A stretch of 64,000 nucleotides of DNA from an uncultured delta proteobacterium (lineage in GTDB: Bacteria > Desulfobacterota > BSN033 > UBA1163). Where the stretch lies: the NCBI GenBank assembly GCA_963731045.1, contig CAVSVC010000010.1, positions 3,865-67,864 of the forward strand, given 5' to 3'. The first letter of the stretch is position 1. Every line of letters starts with the position of its first letter. Shown one piece after another: positions 50,843-60,236 of the stretch. The notes under the pieces were generated by a model that was not told where the DNA came from, ran no database searches, and saw only the letters and a list, made by a program, of their open reading frames with translations. The translations under genes and the position numbers were made by a program.

Positions 50843-50874
50843 CATTCGGACGGAAGTGAACCGGAGAGAAAAAA

Positions 50875-50900
50875 GGGAGGACCCTCGTCCTCCCTTTTTT
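50875..50900. terminator. Bidirectional intrinsic terminator between convergent genes
   Basis: AAAAAA-GGGAGGAC-cctc-GTCCTCCC-TTTTTT. Confidence 0.8.
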
Positions 50901-50956
50901 CTCTCCAATTCCTGTTTCATCGATCAACCGACAGGAAACAGTATCATCCCGATCCG

Positions 50957-51571
50957 CTATCTGTCGGTCTTCCCCCTCAGAAGGCGGGTCAGAGGCCTCA
51001 CTTCCACCCCTTCCGGAACGACCCAGTCGAAAGCATCTCCGGGAAGCTCGGAATTGATGACAACGTCCTTCAACTTCATGTCAATCCGGGTCTCTTTCTC
51101 CACCAGTTCAATCTGGATCCGCCTTGGAACCCCGTTTCCTTCGTTCTTCTCCACCAGGATCTTGATGGTGCCGGCACGGTCCATGAGACCCTCCATCTCC
51201 GAAAGCTCCCCTGTGAAGGCCTTCTTCTGGACGGGGATCAGAAGAAAGAGTTCGCCATTCCGGTAGAGTGAATCGAAGGCGCCTGTTCCCCAGGGAAGAT
51301 AACCCTGCAGCCGCAGGGAGGTCGGCTTCCGGTAGAGAAGGTCTCCGTTCAAGCCAAAAGACATTTTTTGACCATTTCTTACGGTTTCGATCCGGATCGA
51401 CATCTTGGCTTCAAGGGATTCCGCATTCGACAGGGCATCCAGGATCTGCTGGATCGGATTCTTTACGATCATTTTCTCGGGAACCGGTTCAGGAACTCTT
51501 TTGGGGCACCCGGTCAGAAAGAAGACTGAGAAAAGGAGGCAGAGCCCCAATAACCCGTATTTTCGATTCAT
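50957..51571 (-). CDS. Lipoprotein, function unknown (possibly LolA/LolB-like fold)
   Basis: Lipobox FFLTGC after a signal peptide; 204 aa intact. Confidence 0.6.
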   Translation of the reverse strand: MNRKYGLLGLCLLFSVFFLTGCPKRVPEPVPEKMIVKNPIQQILDALSNAESLEAKMSIRIETVRNGQKMSFGLNGDLLYRKPTSLRLQGYLPWGTGAFDSLYRNGELFLLIPVQKKAFTGELSEMEGLMDRAGTIKILVEKNEGNGVPRRIQIELVEKETRIDMKLKDVVINSELPGDAFDWVVPEGVEVRPLTRLLRGKTDR

Positions 51572-52039
51572 CTCATCTTTCCCCTTCCCGGCCGAACCTG
51601 CTCACAGGAGATTCGGAATCTGATCCGCCGTTGAAGCGATTATCTTCATCATAACATAAGGTCCCCTGGTTTAAAATCAATTCCCGCTTCTGCCGGGTAT
51701 CCTCTCAGGAAGGTGTGAAGAAATAGGTTTCTATTTTTTTTTGGCCCAATGAGGGCGGGCCGCTTTCCAAACTTTAGAATTGCGGTCTTTGTGTCACTTT
51801 GGTTCTTTGAAATCGGATTTTGGAAGGGACAGCGGCCAGGAATGCTTCCAAAGCTTTAGAGTGCGGCTGTTTTGGATCTTTTGAAAGAGCTAAAGTGTTG
51901 CGTTTGTTCTAATTTTTTCACAAATGTGAGGGGTTATCCCTACCGGTCCATTTGATTAATTCGTCTGTCTGGGGTAAGATTTCTTCAATAGGGAGTGGGA
52001 TTTGAGACCGTGACCTTCATTGTCCGGTGGGTTGAAACG

Positions 52040-52192
52040 ATGAAAGAGGAAGAAGAGGATCTGGAAGAAGCCAAGGAGCTGCTCAAGGACGGTCTGAAGA
52101 AGATCTTCAAGGCCACCAAGAAGATGTCCGAGGAGATCGTCGATGGTTTTAAAGAAGGCTACGGGAAAGAAGACGACAAAAAAGAGAAATAA
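52040..52192 (+). CDS. Possible 50-aa Lys/Glu-rich protein
   Basis: MKEEEEDLEEAKELLKDGLKKIFKATKKMSEEIVDGFKEGYGKEDDKKEK. No clear RBS; flanked by 22-bp inverted repeats. Confidence 0.3.
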   Translation: MKEEEEDLEEAKELLKDGLKKIFKATKKMSEEIVDGFKEGYGKEDDKKEK

Positions 52193-52276
52193 AACTCCAC
52201 AACGCTTTAGCTCTTTGAATAACCCCGCATAGGAGTGTCATCCTGACGCTACCTGGTCGCACCACGTATGTTTGCC

Positions 52277-52315
52277 TGACTGATAACTGATTACTGGTTA
52301 CTGATCACTGGTACT
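52277..52315 (-). repeat. Periodic heptamer tract just after the tldD stop; a copy of 30841..30876
   Basis: tgactgataactgattactggttactgatcactggtactt. Confidence 0.55.
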
Positions 52316-53758
52316 TATTTCATCACTCCTACCTGAACATTCCGGAATCTTGCCGGGGCCGTACCGTGCCCGACATGAGCCACCTGCCCGGGCTCTCCTT
52401 TTCCGCAGTTCGGCGTCCCCCACATCTGCCAGTGCTCCCTGTTCCCGATGGCATCGCAGGAACCCCAGAATTGGGGCGTAATTCCTGTATACGTGGGATT
52501 CTTCACCATCTCTCCGAGCTTTCCGCCTTTAATCTCCCATCCGACTTCCGCCCCGAATTGAAAGTTGATCCGCTTGTCGTCGATCGACCAGCTTCGGTTG
52601 GTTGTGAGAAAGAGACCTTCTTCGGTATCGGCGATCATTCCATCCAGTGTCCAGTCCCCGGGTTCAAGGTTGATATTGGTCATCCGGATCAAGGGAATCC
52701 GGCACCAGCCATCCGCCCTCATGGTCCCATTGCTTTCTTTGCCCAGCCGGTGGGCTGTCTCCCTGGATGTCAGAAAACCCACCAGGATCCCCCGGGCAAT
52801 GATCGGTACCCGCTGCGCCCGGATCCCCTCGTCGTCATAGCCGAAGGTCCCCAATCCGCCCGGCACCGTGGCGTCCGCAAAGACATTGACGAGATCAGAG
52901 CCATACCTGAAATGCCCGAGCATCTCCGGACTGAGGAAGCTGCTTCCGGCGTAACTGACCTCCGTTCCGAAGATCCGATCGAGCTCGATGGGATGCCCGA
53001 TCGATTCGTGAATCTGGAGGGCCAGCTGGGAGCTGTCAAGAATGAGCGTGGTCTTCCCCGACGGGCACGGTTTGGCCGAAAGAAGCTGAACTGCTTCGGC
53101 AGCCACCCTCTCCGTATGGCTCGGAAGCGCCAGGGTCTCAATCCATTCGTAACCTCTTGTTGCAAAATTGCCCCGGAAGGAGTTCGGGTAGGAACGGACC
53201 TGGACCTCCCCGGCCTCGATCGCCGTCGCTGAAAATGCCCGCCCCGCATTCTACGATCTTCTCATCGATGAAAGATCCCTCGGTGGAGGCGAAGGTCTTC
53301 TCCGTCTGGTAAGACCCCATGAAGGCTTCTGAGATCTTCACCTTCTTTTCTCTTCGAACCATCTCGTCGACATCCAGGAGCAGACCGAGCTTTGTCTCGG
53401 GAGGCACATCAAAGGGATTGACGGAACACGGGGTTTCGTAGTGGTCCACGACAGGGGACGCAGAGGGGAAAGAGATATCCTCTCTCTTCGCCCTTGCGCT
53501 GGCTCTGGCAATCTTCAGGGCTTTTCCAAGGACGGACTCCATCTCCTTTTTCGTGATTTTTGAACTGCATGCAAATCCCCATGCCCCCGATGAGAGAACC
53601 CTGATTCCAAAGCCGATATCCTCATCATACGTCAGACCATCCGCTCTTCCGTTCTTGACCTCAATCTCTTCCATCTTTCTCCTGACAATCCGAAGGTCGG
53701 CATAGTCTGCGCCTTTCACCTTCGCCGAATCGAGAATATCCAGAACGAGGTTTTTCAT
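52315..53758 (-). pseudogene. tldD: TldD metalloprotease, at least 2 frameshifts (53100-53240)
   Basis: N-terminal ORF 53138..53758 (KGADYADLRIV...GFGIRVL) and C-terminal ORF 52315..53106 carrying HESIGHPIELD. Confidence 0.8.
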
Positions 53759-53803
53759 CGGTCCCTGTCCTCTCTTTACGTAAGTGATAAGGGGAAGTTA
53801 TTT

Positions 53804-53867
53804 CGTGCTGCCGTGCTGCTGTGTTGCCGTTAACGGCAGTACCGCAGCACCGTATCACTGCAGCACG
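53804..53867. repeat. Octamer-array palindrome (CGTGCTGC x3 - GTTAAC - inverted array x4), between pmbA and tldD
   Basis: cgtgctgccgtgctgctgtgttgccgttaacggcagtaccgcagcaccgtatcactgcagcacg. Confidence 0.65.
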
Positions 53868-53879
53868 TTGTCCCTCGCT

Positions 53880-55235
53880 TTACAGCGATGATACCCCGGA
53901 GAAATTGAACCCATCCACTTTGATGGCCGGTGCAACCGTTCCGCAGATAAACCGTCTGGAATAGACGGTCCCCTCAGCGCAGATTTTCCGGTCTCTTGAA
54001 ATGGCACTCACCCTGGAGAGGACCTTCAGAATCGATTCCGTGAATCTCAGGTTCTTTACCGGTTGCCGGATCTCTCCGCCTTCGATGAGAAAAGTCCCGT
54101 CCCGGGTCATTCCCGTCACGACCGCTTTCATGGGCTCAACAACATTCGTGTAATGGAATCGGGTGACATAGATCCCTTTGCGGACCGATTTCACCATTTT
54201 ATCCAGGGTTGAGTCTCCTTCTTTCATGATCACGTTGAGGGGAATAGGGCCTGCCGTGTTCGGGGAGATGAGTCCGTGGCCCGTCGATTCTTTTCCCTCC
54301 CGGCCCGCGGTGAACGAGTCATAAGTCACCTCTCCGGCCACTCCGTTCTCAAAGAAATTCACCCTCTGTTTCGGAACCCCTTCAAAGTCAAAGGGAACCT
54401 GTAACCCTGCCGGGTCAAGGCCATCGTCGTAAATGGTCACTTTTTCATCCAGAATCTTCTTGCCGAAGAGACCGCAAAGAAAACTCCTCTCTTCCTGAAC
54501 AGCCTGGGCATGAAACCCCAGGACAGCCAGAAAGTCAAGCAGTTCACTCACCGCATGAGGCTCCAGGATAACCTCGTATTCCCCGGGATCGATCTGGATC
54601 GCTTCCTGGTTCGTCACCTTACGGGCCGCTTCTTCCGCCAGTTTTTCCAGATCCAGTTGGTCCGGATCTCTCGAAACAAAATGAGCGTAACCCGTATTCT
54701 TCTCCCCTTCCGGAATGAAATGAAGGAACAGGTCGGAATAGAGTTGGTAAGCCTCCACCCCAAGGGAATTCACGACCGCTGACTCAACCACCCCTTTCGA
54801 AAACGCACCGGAGACTTTTAGACCTTTCCCATTCATCTGTTTGATCAGGTCCTTGATGATTTTCACCTTCTTGCTGGGGGTAAGACGGTTTATCGTCCCA
54901 AAGAACGTATCCGTTTCGGGTACGGGCTTCGGTGCCGCAAGGGAACGAAACTGTTCGTCCGGCGGAAGGACCTTCGCCAGGGCAACTGCCTTCTGCAGGA
55001 GAATTCCGACAGAGTCGGGGTGCAGCATATTTGTCGTCACCACGGCAACCCTCTTTCCCACAGCAACCCGCAGGATCAATGTTCCATTCCGTTCGGCCAC
55101 GTGCTGGTGAACCGTGGAACGGGAGAACCGGGTCAGGGACGAGTCCTCTGTCAGCAGCACGGCCTCTGTCTGGTCGGCAGAGGATTCCTGAACAACCTTC
55201 TTCAGGAACCGGAGGCATCTTTCTCTTCCAAGCAT
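53880..55235 (-). CDS. pmbA: PmbA/TldE protease partner
   Basis: 451-aa intact TldE-family sequence, directly upstream of tldD. Confidence 0.85.
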   Translation of the reverse strand: MLGRERCLRFLKKVVQESSADQTEAVLLTEDSSLTRFSRSTVHQHVAERNGTLILRVAVGKRVAVVTTNMLHPDSVGILLQKAVALAKVLPPDEQFRSLAAPKPVPETDTFFGTINRLTPSKKVKIIKDLIKQMNGKGLKVSGAFSKGVVESAVVNSLGVEAYQLYSDLFLHFIPEGEKNTGYAHFVSRDPDQLDLEKLAEEAARKVTNQEAIQIDPGEYEVILEPHAVSELLDFLAVLGFHAQAVQEERSFLCGLFGKKILDEKVTIYDDGLDPAGLQVPFDFEGVPKQRVNFFENGVAGEVTYDSFTAGREGKESTGHGLISPNTAGPIPLNVIMKEGDSTLDKMVKSVRKGIYVTRFHYTNVVEPMKAVVTGMTRDGTFLIEGGEIRQPVKNLRFTESILKVLSRVSAISRDRKICAEGTVYSRRFICGTVAPAIKVDGFNFSGVSSL

Positions 55236-55247
55236 GGTTTGACCTCG

Positions 55248-55634
55248 CTATCTGTTTCTTTTGCGGTAATCCGAGACCGCAGCCCTGATGGCTGTCTCCG
55301 CGAGAACCGAACAATGAACCTTTGTGGGCGGAAGGCCGCCCAGGGCATCCGAAACACCCTGTCGTGTGATCTTCAAAACCTCTTCAAGCGTTCTCCCTCT
55401 GATCATTTCCGTCGTCATGCTCGAAGCGGCGATGGCAGGCGCACATCCGAGGGCGAGGAAGGTGGCCTCGACAATCCGATCGGCTTCAACCCGGATGAAG
55501 AGCCTCAGGGTATCCCCGCAGACGGGGTTCCTGGCCTCTCCGATCCCGTCCGCATCTTTCATCTCCCCCGTGTTTCTCGGATGAGTGAAGTGATCCATCA
55601 CGATCGAATGATAAGCCCCGGGCACGTCGGTCAT
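55248..55634 (-). CDS. IscU/NifU-like Fe-S cluster scaffold
   Basis: NPVCGD, LGCAPAIASS and KVHCS, the three conserved Cys motifs. Confidence 0.85.
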   Translation of the reverse strand: MTDVPGAYHSIVMDHFTHPRNTGEMKDADGIGEARNPVCGDTLRLFIRVEADRIVEATFLALGCAPAIAASSMTTEMIRGRTLEEVLKITRQGVSDALGGLPPTKVHCSVLAETAIRAAVSDYRKRNR

Positions 55635-56839
55635 GGTTCAAAGTTTTTGTGAAACTCGGCCACTCTCTCGGCAAAGGCCTTTCCGAACTGAAACGCCTTT
55701 TCAAGGTCTTCCGCCTTTGGCCGGTATTGAATCTCCACCCCCGGTTCGAAGACCTCCAGTCCCATTCTCTTAAACTCGGCATAAGCCTCTTTAACCGCCC
55801 CGCCTCCCCACCCGTAGCTTCCGAAGGCCCCCGCGATCCGATGGGTGGGTCTGAGTCCCCTCAAGTGCGTCAGGAATTCAGCAATGGACGGATACATAAT
55901 ATTGTTCAGGGTGGGAGTCCCCACGAGCATTCCCCTGGCTTTCCAGATCTCCTTGATAGCGACGCTCATCGGGGTAGCCCTCAACTTGATGATTCTTGCG
56001 TCGACGCCGGCTGACCGGATTCCTTCAAAAATCGGAAGGGTCAACCGCTCCGTACTCTTCCACATGGTATCATAGACGATCACCACCCCTAAATCGGCTT
56101 TGGACTCCGCCATCTTCAGGTACCACTCCAGGACTTTTCCGGGATTCTTTCTCCAGATTACCCCATGATCCGGGGCAATCATATCGATGTCGAGATGAAG
56201 GTTCTTTATCTCCCCGATCTTCTTTTTGACAAGAACCCCAAAGGGCATAAGGATATTTGCATAATAGTCAATGACCGCATCTTCAAGAACCGATTCGTTC
56301 ACCTCATCGTCAAACCGGGCGGAGGAGGCGAAGTGTTGGCCGAAGGCATCCTGGCTGATCAGAAGCTTATCCTCCTTCACATAGGTCACCATGGAATCCG
56401 GCCAATGGAGCATCGGCGTCTCAACAAAGAGAAGGGTCCTTTTCCCGATCCGTAGAGCGTCTCCTGTCTTGACCACACGGACGTTCCAGCCGGAAATATC
56501 GAAATGCCTTGCCAGCCCCTCTTTCCCCTTGGCTGTTGCGTAAATCTCTGCTGCGGGAGCGACCTGCATGATTCGGTCCAAGCTGCTCACGTGGTCGATT
56601 TCGATGTGATTGATGACAACGACTTCGATCTTTTCCGGGGGGACAAGACCCCGGATCGATTCGAGCATCACGTCGGCGAAGTCGTACTTCACCGTATCAA
56701 TCAGTGTTACCCTTTCGTCGAGAATGAGATAGTTGTTATAGGTCGTACCGTTCGGAGTGACGTACCCGTGAAAGTCTCTCACCCCCCAGTCGATGGCCCC
56801 CACCCAGTAGATATCCGGTTTCACTTCAATCGCCTTCAC
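55631..56839 (-). CDS. Flavodiiron protein (FprA / rubredoxin:oxygen oxidoreductase type)
   Basis: AGGAGG lies before GTG 56839. Diiron site INHIEIDHVSS (HxExDH) in the MBL-like domain, with a C-terminal flavodoxin domain (VIVYDTMWKSTE). Confidence 0.85.
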   Translation of the reverse strand: MKAIEVKPDIYWVGAIDWGVRDFHGYVTPNGTTYNNYLILDERVTLIDTVKYDFADVMLESIRGLVPPEKIEVVVINHIEIDHVSSLDRIMQVAPAAEIYATAKGKEGLARHFDISGWNVRVVKTGDALRIGKRTLLFVETPMLHWPDSMVTYVKEDKLLISQDAFGQHFASSARFDDEVNESVLEDAVIDYYANILMPFGVLVKKKIGEIKNLHLDIDMIAPDHGVIWRKNPGKVLEWYLKMAESKADLGVVIVYDTMWKSTERLTLPIFEGIRSAGVDARIIKLRATPMSVAIKEIWKARGMLVGTPTLNNIMYPSIAEFLTHLRGLRPTHRIAGAFGSYGWGGGAVKEAYAEFKRMGLEVFEPGVEIQYRPKAEDLEKAFQFGKAFAERVAEFHKNFEP

Positions 56840-57013
56840 ATGCTCCTCCTGGTTTAAAAAGCAAGTCCCATCAATCCGTTCCGACTGATGGGACCCACGA
56901 TCATCGTTCGGCGCGTTCTTCTGAGAGGCGGAAAAACAGACCTCTCGGGCCGTTTGACGGGTCTCCCCGTTCAACCGGGCAAAATCAAAGAACAGACCCT
57001 GGCGCCGAAAGAT

Positions 57014-57313
57014 TTACTTCCTGATCGCTTTCGGTTTGCAGAGGTCTCCTTTCTCCACTGCCAGCCGTCCGCATGCATCACAGGCATAGTTCAATTCGGC
57101 CACCTTCGGCTTGCAGACATGCCTCGGGTTGGATACGGTGATCCCGCAATACTCACAGGTATAGGCCTTCTTCACCTCCTGGGGAGCGCAGAGATGTCCC
57201 TTCTCTGTTGTCACCAGGCCGCATGTCTTGCACTTGTAGATCGAAGCGGATTTCTTGGCCACAGCCTTTTTGGCTGCCGTCTTTGGACCTGCTGCTTTCT
57301 TTACCGTTGCCAT
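57014..57313 (-). CDS. 99-aa protein: Lys/Ala-rich tail plus three tandem Y-x-C-x2-C-G-x9-(H/D)-x-C-x-P-(Q/K) repeats
   Basis: MATVKKAAGPKTAAKKAVAKK, then SASIYKCKTCGLVTTEKGHLCAPQ / KAYTCEYCGITVSNPRHVCKPK / LNYACDACGRLAVEKGDLCKPK. Confidence 0.6.
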   Translation of the reverse strand: MATVKKAAGPKTAAKKAVAKKSASIYKCKTCGLVTTEKGHLCAPQEVKKAYTCEYCGITVSNPRHVCKPKVAELNYACDACGRLAVEKGDLCKPKAIRK

Positions 57314-57374
57314 TCCATATCACCTCCTCTCCTCGATTTGTTCTCTCCCCCCACCACACAGGATTGAGAAAGAA

Positions 57375-58007
57375 CTATTTCTTTGATCTCACTTCAAAAG
57401 AGTTCAGAATTCCCTTCATCTCCTGACGGTCGTTCGACCCATCCTTTTCTAATATCATATAGAGGATAAAAACCTGATCCGGCTCGGCGTAACCATAAAT
57501 CCATCCCTGCTCTCGTTTCACACCCTTCAGGGTGTACGTCACGTATTTTTTCGCAGCAAATTGAACCCCTTTCAGAGAAATGGGTTCCGTAGGACCAACC
57601 TCCACCTTGACAGCACCTGCCCCATGTTCTTTTTCCAACTCGGATTTAAGACTGTTCGTACCGGCTGCGGTTAAATTCTCGATCGACTCCTGAGTAAATC
57701 GGACACCTCGATTTGCCGGCGTGAGATCAAACTGGATACTTGATTCGGTCGATGGATTGAAAACATATAATTCCGTCACCTCCTTGTCGGCGGAACCGGG
57801 TGCCTCGTATCCCAATTCCCGCAAAAAATCCGGGAACTCTGTTGTCATTTTCCAAGTGGGAGGGATTGAAAGTGTGAAGGGATATCTGATTCCGGTAAAT
57901 TGATCGCCTGCTATTCTACCGGCCGGGACTTGAAGGTTATCATGAATCCCGGCACATCCTCCCGAAAAGAAAAGAACTGTCGCCAGGAGAAGAAAACACT
58001 TTTTCAT
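57375..58007 (-). CDS. Lipoprotein, function unknown
   Basis: MKKCFLLLATVLFFSGGC lipobox. ATG 58007 is preferred over the longer track ORF. Confidence 0.6.
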   Translation of the reverse strand: MKKCFLLLATVLFFSGGCAGIHDNLQVPAGRIAGDQFTGIRYPFTLSIPPTWKMTTEFPDFLRELGYEAPGSADKEVTELYVFNPSTESSIQFDLTPANRGVRFTQESIENLTAAGTNSLKSELEKEHGAGAVKVEVGPTEPISLKGVQFAAKKYVTYTLKGVKREQGWIYGYAEPDQVFILYMILEKDGSNDRQEMKGILNSFEVRSKK

Positions 58008-58325
58008 ATCGTTCACCCCCGCGGAATATTTCTGAGCAATCTCCATACCATTTAGCCAAAGATTCCCTGAACAAATTTTTGGTTGTTTGATTCTCAATGA
58101 TTCTAATCTATTATTCTCAAAAGAAATCGGGCTTCATTCCTCACGAGAAAAATTCCACTTTTATACTATTGTATCATAATCGACTCCCCCATGGAATCTA
58201 AAATATTTCATTTCTTATTTTCGCCGGCATTTTAATAGGTTGTATCCTTGTAGTGAGTAAAACCCCACGGTGTATCGAATCCGGACGAAATAGGTTAAAA
58301 GCTGTTGAGATCTGCTGCCGGGTTT

Positions 58326-59072
58326 TCAGGCTATGCTTCCCACCGCACCGAGATACAGGGCCACTTCCTCCTTGCCGTCCGCTCCTATCAGGGAGTTGAC
58401 TTCTTCATCGAAAAAGGCCCCCACCGTGCAGCATCCAAGCCCCAGGGATGTCGCAGCCAGGTAGAGATTCTGTCCGATGTGTCCGACGTCCATGTAGATG
58501 TACCGATATGCCCTCTCGCGGTACTTCCATTTTGACCTCTCAACCATTGCCGTCCAGACAAAAACAGAGGCGGCCTCCGAGAGCATCTCCTGGCCCAGTC
58601 CCGCATCTCGGAGAGCCGGCCCGAATAACCCTTCTTTGATGAATACCAGCTCAGACCTCCTGACGCTGTAGTGATAGACTCCCGGGGAAAGCTCTTCGAC
58701 CCTGTTGGCAATGATATAAGTCTCGACAGGATAGAGGGCGCCTGCGGAAGGGGAGGCCCTGAAATCAAATCCAGGCGTTCTCCAGGTAACCCCCTGGGTA
58801 GCCCAGATCAATTGAGAGAGTTCGCGGAAGGTCATGGGGCCGTTTGAAAAATCCCGGATGGAACGTCTTTGAGACACCGCCTCCCAGAGACCTCTTCCCC
58901 CTGTTCGCTCAGGGGAAGAAAGGGAAATGCGCTTCAACGGGCCTGAGAACTTCCTTATAGGGAGAGGGCTGATGGTCCCAGTCAAGCCCTCCATGGGAAA
59001 TGGTTTCCCTGTGGTATCGGGTCCCCTGATGGTAAAGATCGCCGAGTCCCTTTCTTTCCTGCTCCACCCCAC
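58326..59072 (-). CDS. SagB/ThcOx-type nitroreductase-superfamily dehydrogenase; start uncertain
   Basis: RRSIRDF...ASPSAGALYPVETY...RYIYMDVGHIGQNLYLAATSLGLGCC. Confidence 0.7.
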   Translation of the reverse strand: MGWSRKERDSAIFTIRGPDTTGKPFPMEGLTGTISPLPIRKFSGPLKRISLSSPERTGGRGLWEAVSQRRSIRDFSNGPMTFRELSQLIWATQGVTWRTPGFDFRASPSAGALYPVETYIIANRVEELSPGVYHYSVRRSELVFIKEGLFGPALRDAGLGQEMLSEAASVFVWTAMVERSKWKYRERAYRYIYMDVGHIGQNLYLAATSLGLGCCTVGAFFDEEVNSLIGADGKEEVALYLGAVGSIA

Positions 59073-59278
59073 CCTCCTTCAATCAGGTTAATCAAAACCG
59101 GCCCGGAATGCAATCAGAATGTTTAATCCAGGGTTGCCCCGGTAAGATTTTTTCCGGCATCCCTTCCGGATCTGCAACGGGCACACAGGAGAGTGACGCA
59201 TTAAAGCCCACACCCGGTCACAGGGACTTGACTCCCTTCGGATGGAATGGTACGGTCAGGGTATTCAGGGGGAGAACA

Positions 59279-59854
59279 TGAAAGCGGATCAGGAGCGGTG
59301 GGATGCGATATTCGCAGAAAAAAAATTCGCCCTCGGCAGAAGGGCAAACCCGTTTCTGCGCAGGCATGTCAACTTCCTTCCGAAAGGAATAGCCCTTGAC
59401 CTTGCAACCGGAGAAGGAAGAAATGCTGTCTTTCTTGCCCTCCAGGGCCTCGAGGTCGATGCGGTCGACATTTCGAAGGTGGGCTTAAGCAAGGCCCGAA
59501 TCCTCGCAAAAGACGCGGGGAGTTCGAATTCACACTGTCGCCGCCGACCTTGATACCTACCGCATCGCCAAGAGCAGATACGATCTCATCACCAATTTCT
59601 ATTTTCTTGACCGGAATCTCATTCCGAAAATAAAGGATGGATTAAAAAGGGGCGGGAGAGTCGTCTTTGAAACCTACCTCCTCGAACACCGGGACCTTGG
59701 CTCAGAGGGACCCAGAAACCCGAAATATTTCTTGAAACATAACGAGCTTCTGAGGCTTTTCAAGGGATTTCGAATTCTCATCTACCGGGAAGGAATCTTT
59801 ATCGAAGACCGTCGAAAGAAGGCCGTGGCCAGCCTGATTGCCGAAAAGACCTAA
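59279..59854 (+). pseudogene. Class I SAM-dependent methyltransferase (TehB-like), one frameshift near 59525
   Basis: ALDLATGEGRNAVFLA (motif I), VDAVDIS, then ...YDLITNFYFLDRNL...GGRVVFETY in the next frame. Confidence 0.7.
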
Positions 59855-59918
59855 CAGGCTGCTGAAGACAGAGGGTAAGTTCTTCCCCTATGCCCTATGC
59901 TCTTCGCTCTATGCCTCT

Positions 59919-60236
59919 TTACAGCACAAACCCCAGCCCCCAGTAAAGACCCATTCCCAGAATCACCGATCCCCACAGGCTCTTCACTTTCCAGGCCAGG
60001 ACAAAAACCGGAAGGGCAGACAGCAGAAATCGGCCCTGGACTCCGAAGTTTCCCGTGCCGTCAAAGAACAGAATCGGAAAGACAAGGGCGCTCAACACCG
60101 AGGCCGGGATGTACTCCAACCCTCTCCTGACCTCTGTCGGAATGGCCCAACGGGAGAGAAGAGCCATGGGCAGGAAACGGGGAAGAAATGTGACCAGGGC
60201 CATGCCGATGATGACGGCCAGTATGGATTCTCTCAT
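59919..60236 (-). CDS. azlD: AzlD branched-chain amino-acid exporter subunit
   Basis: 105 aa, 4 TM segments, LVTFLPRFLPMALL; overlaps the azlC stop. Confidence 0.8.
   Translation of the reverse strand: MRESILAVIIGMALVTFLPRFLPMALLSRWAIPTEVRRGLEYIPASVLSALVFPILFFDGTGNFGVQGRFLLSALPVFVLAWKVKSLWGSVILGMGLYWGLGFVL

Noticed and set aside
53804-53867. Considered whether the octamer/heptamer arrays (also 15963..16083, 30841..30876 and 49217..49302) are CRISPR arrays.
   Set aside because: The units are 6-8 nt and directly abutting, with no 25-40-nt repeats separated by unique spacers. No cas genes are present in the window.
52315-59072. Idea that TldD/PmbA plus a SagB-type dehydrogenase plus the Cys-rich small protein form a microcin-B17-like (TOMM/RiPP) cluster.
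   Set aside because: There is no YcaO/cyclodehydratase or docking-protein gene. The small protein lacks a leader/core organisation with Gly-Ser-Cys runs. TldD/PmbA and stand-alone SagB-like genes are common housekeeping neighbours. The intervening genes (NifU, FprA and a lipoprotein) point to oxygen and Fe-S stress instead.
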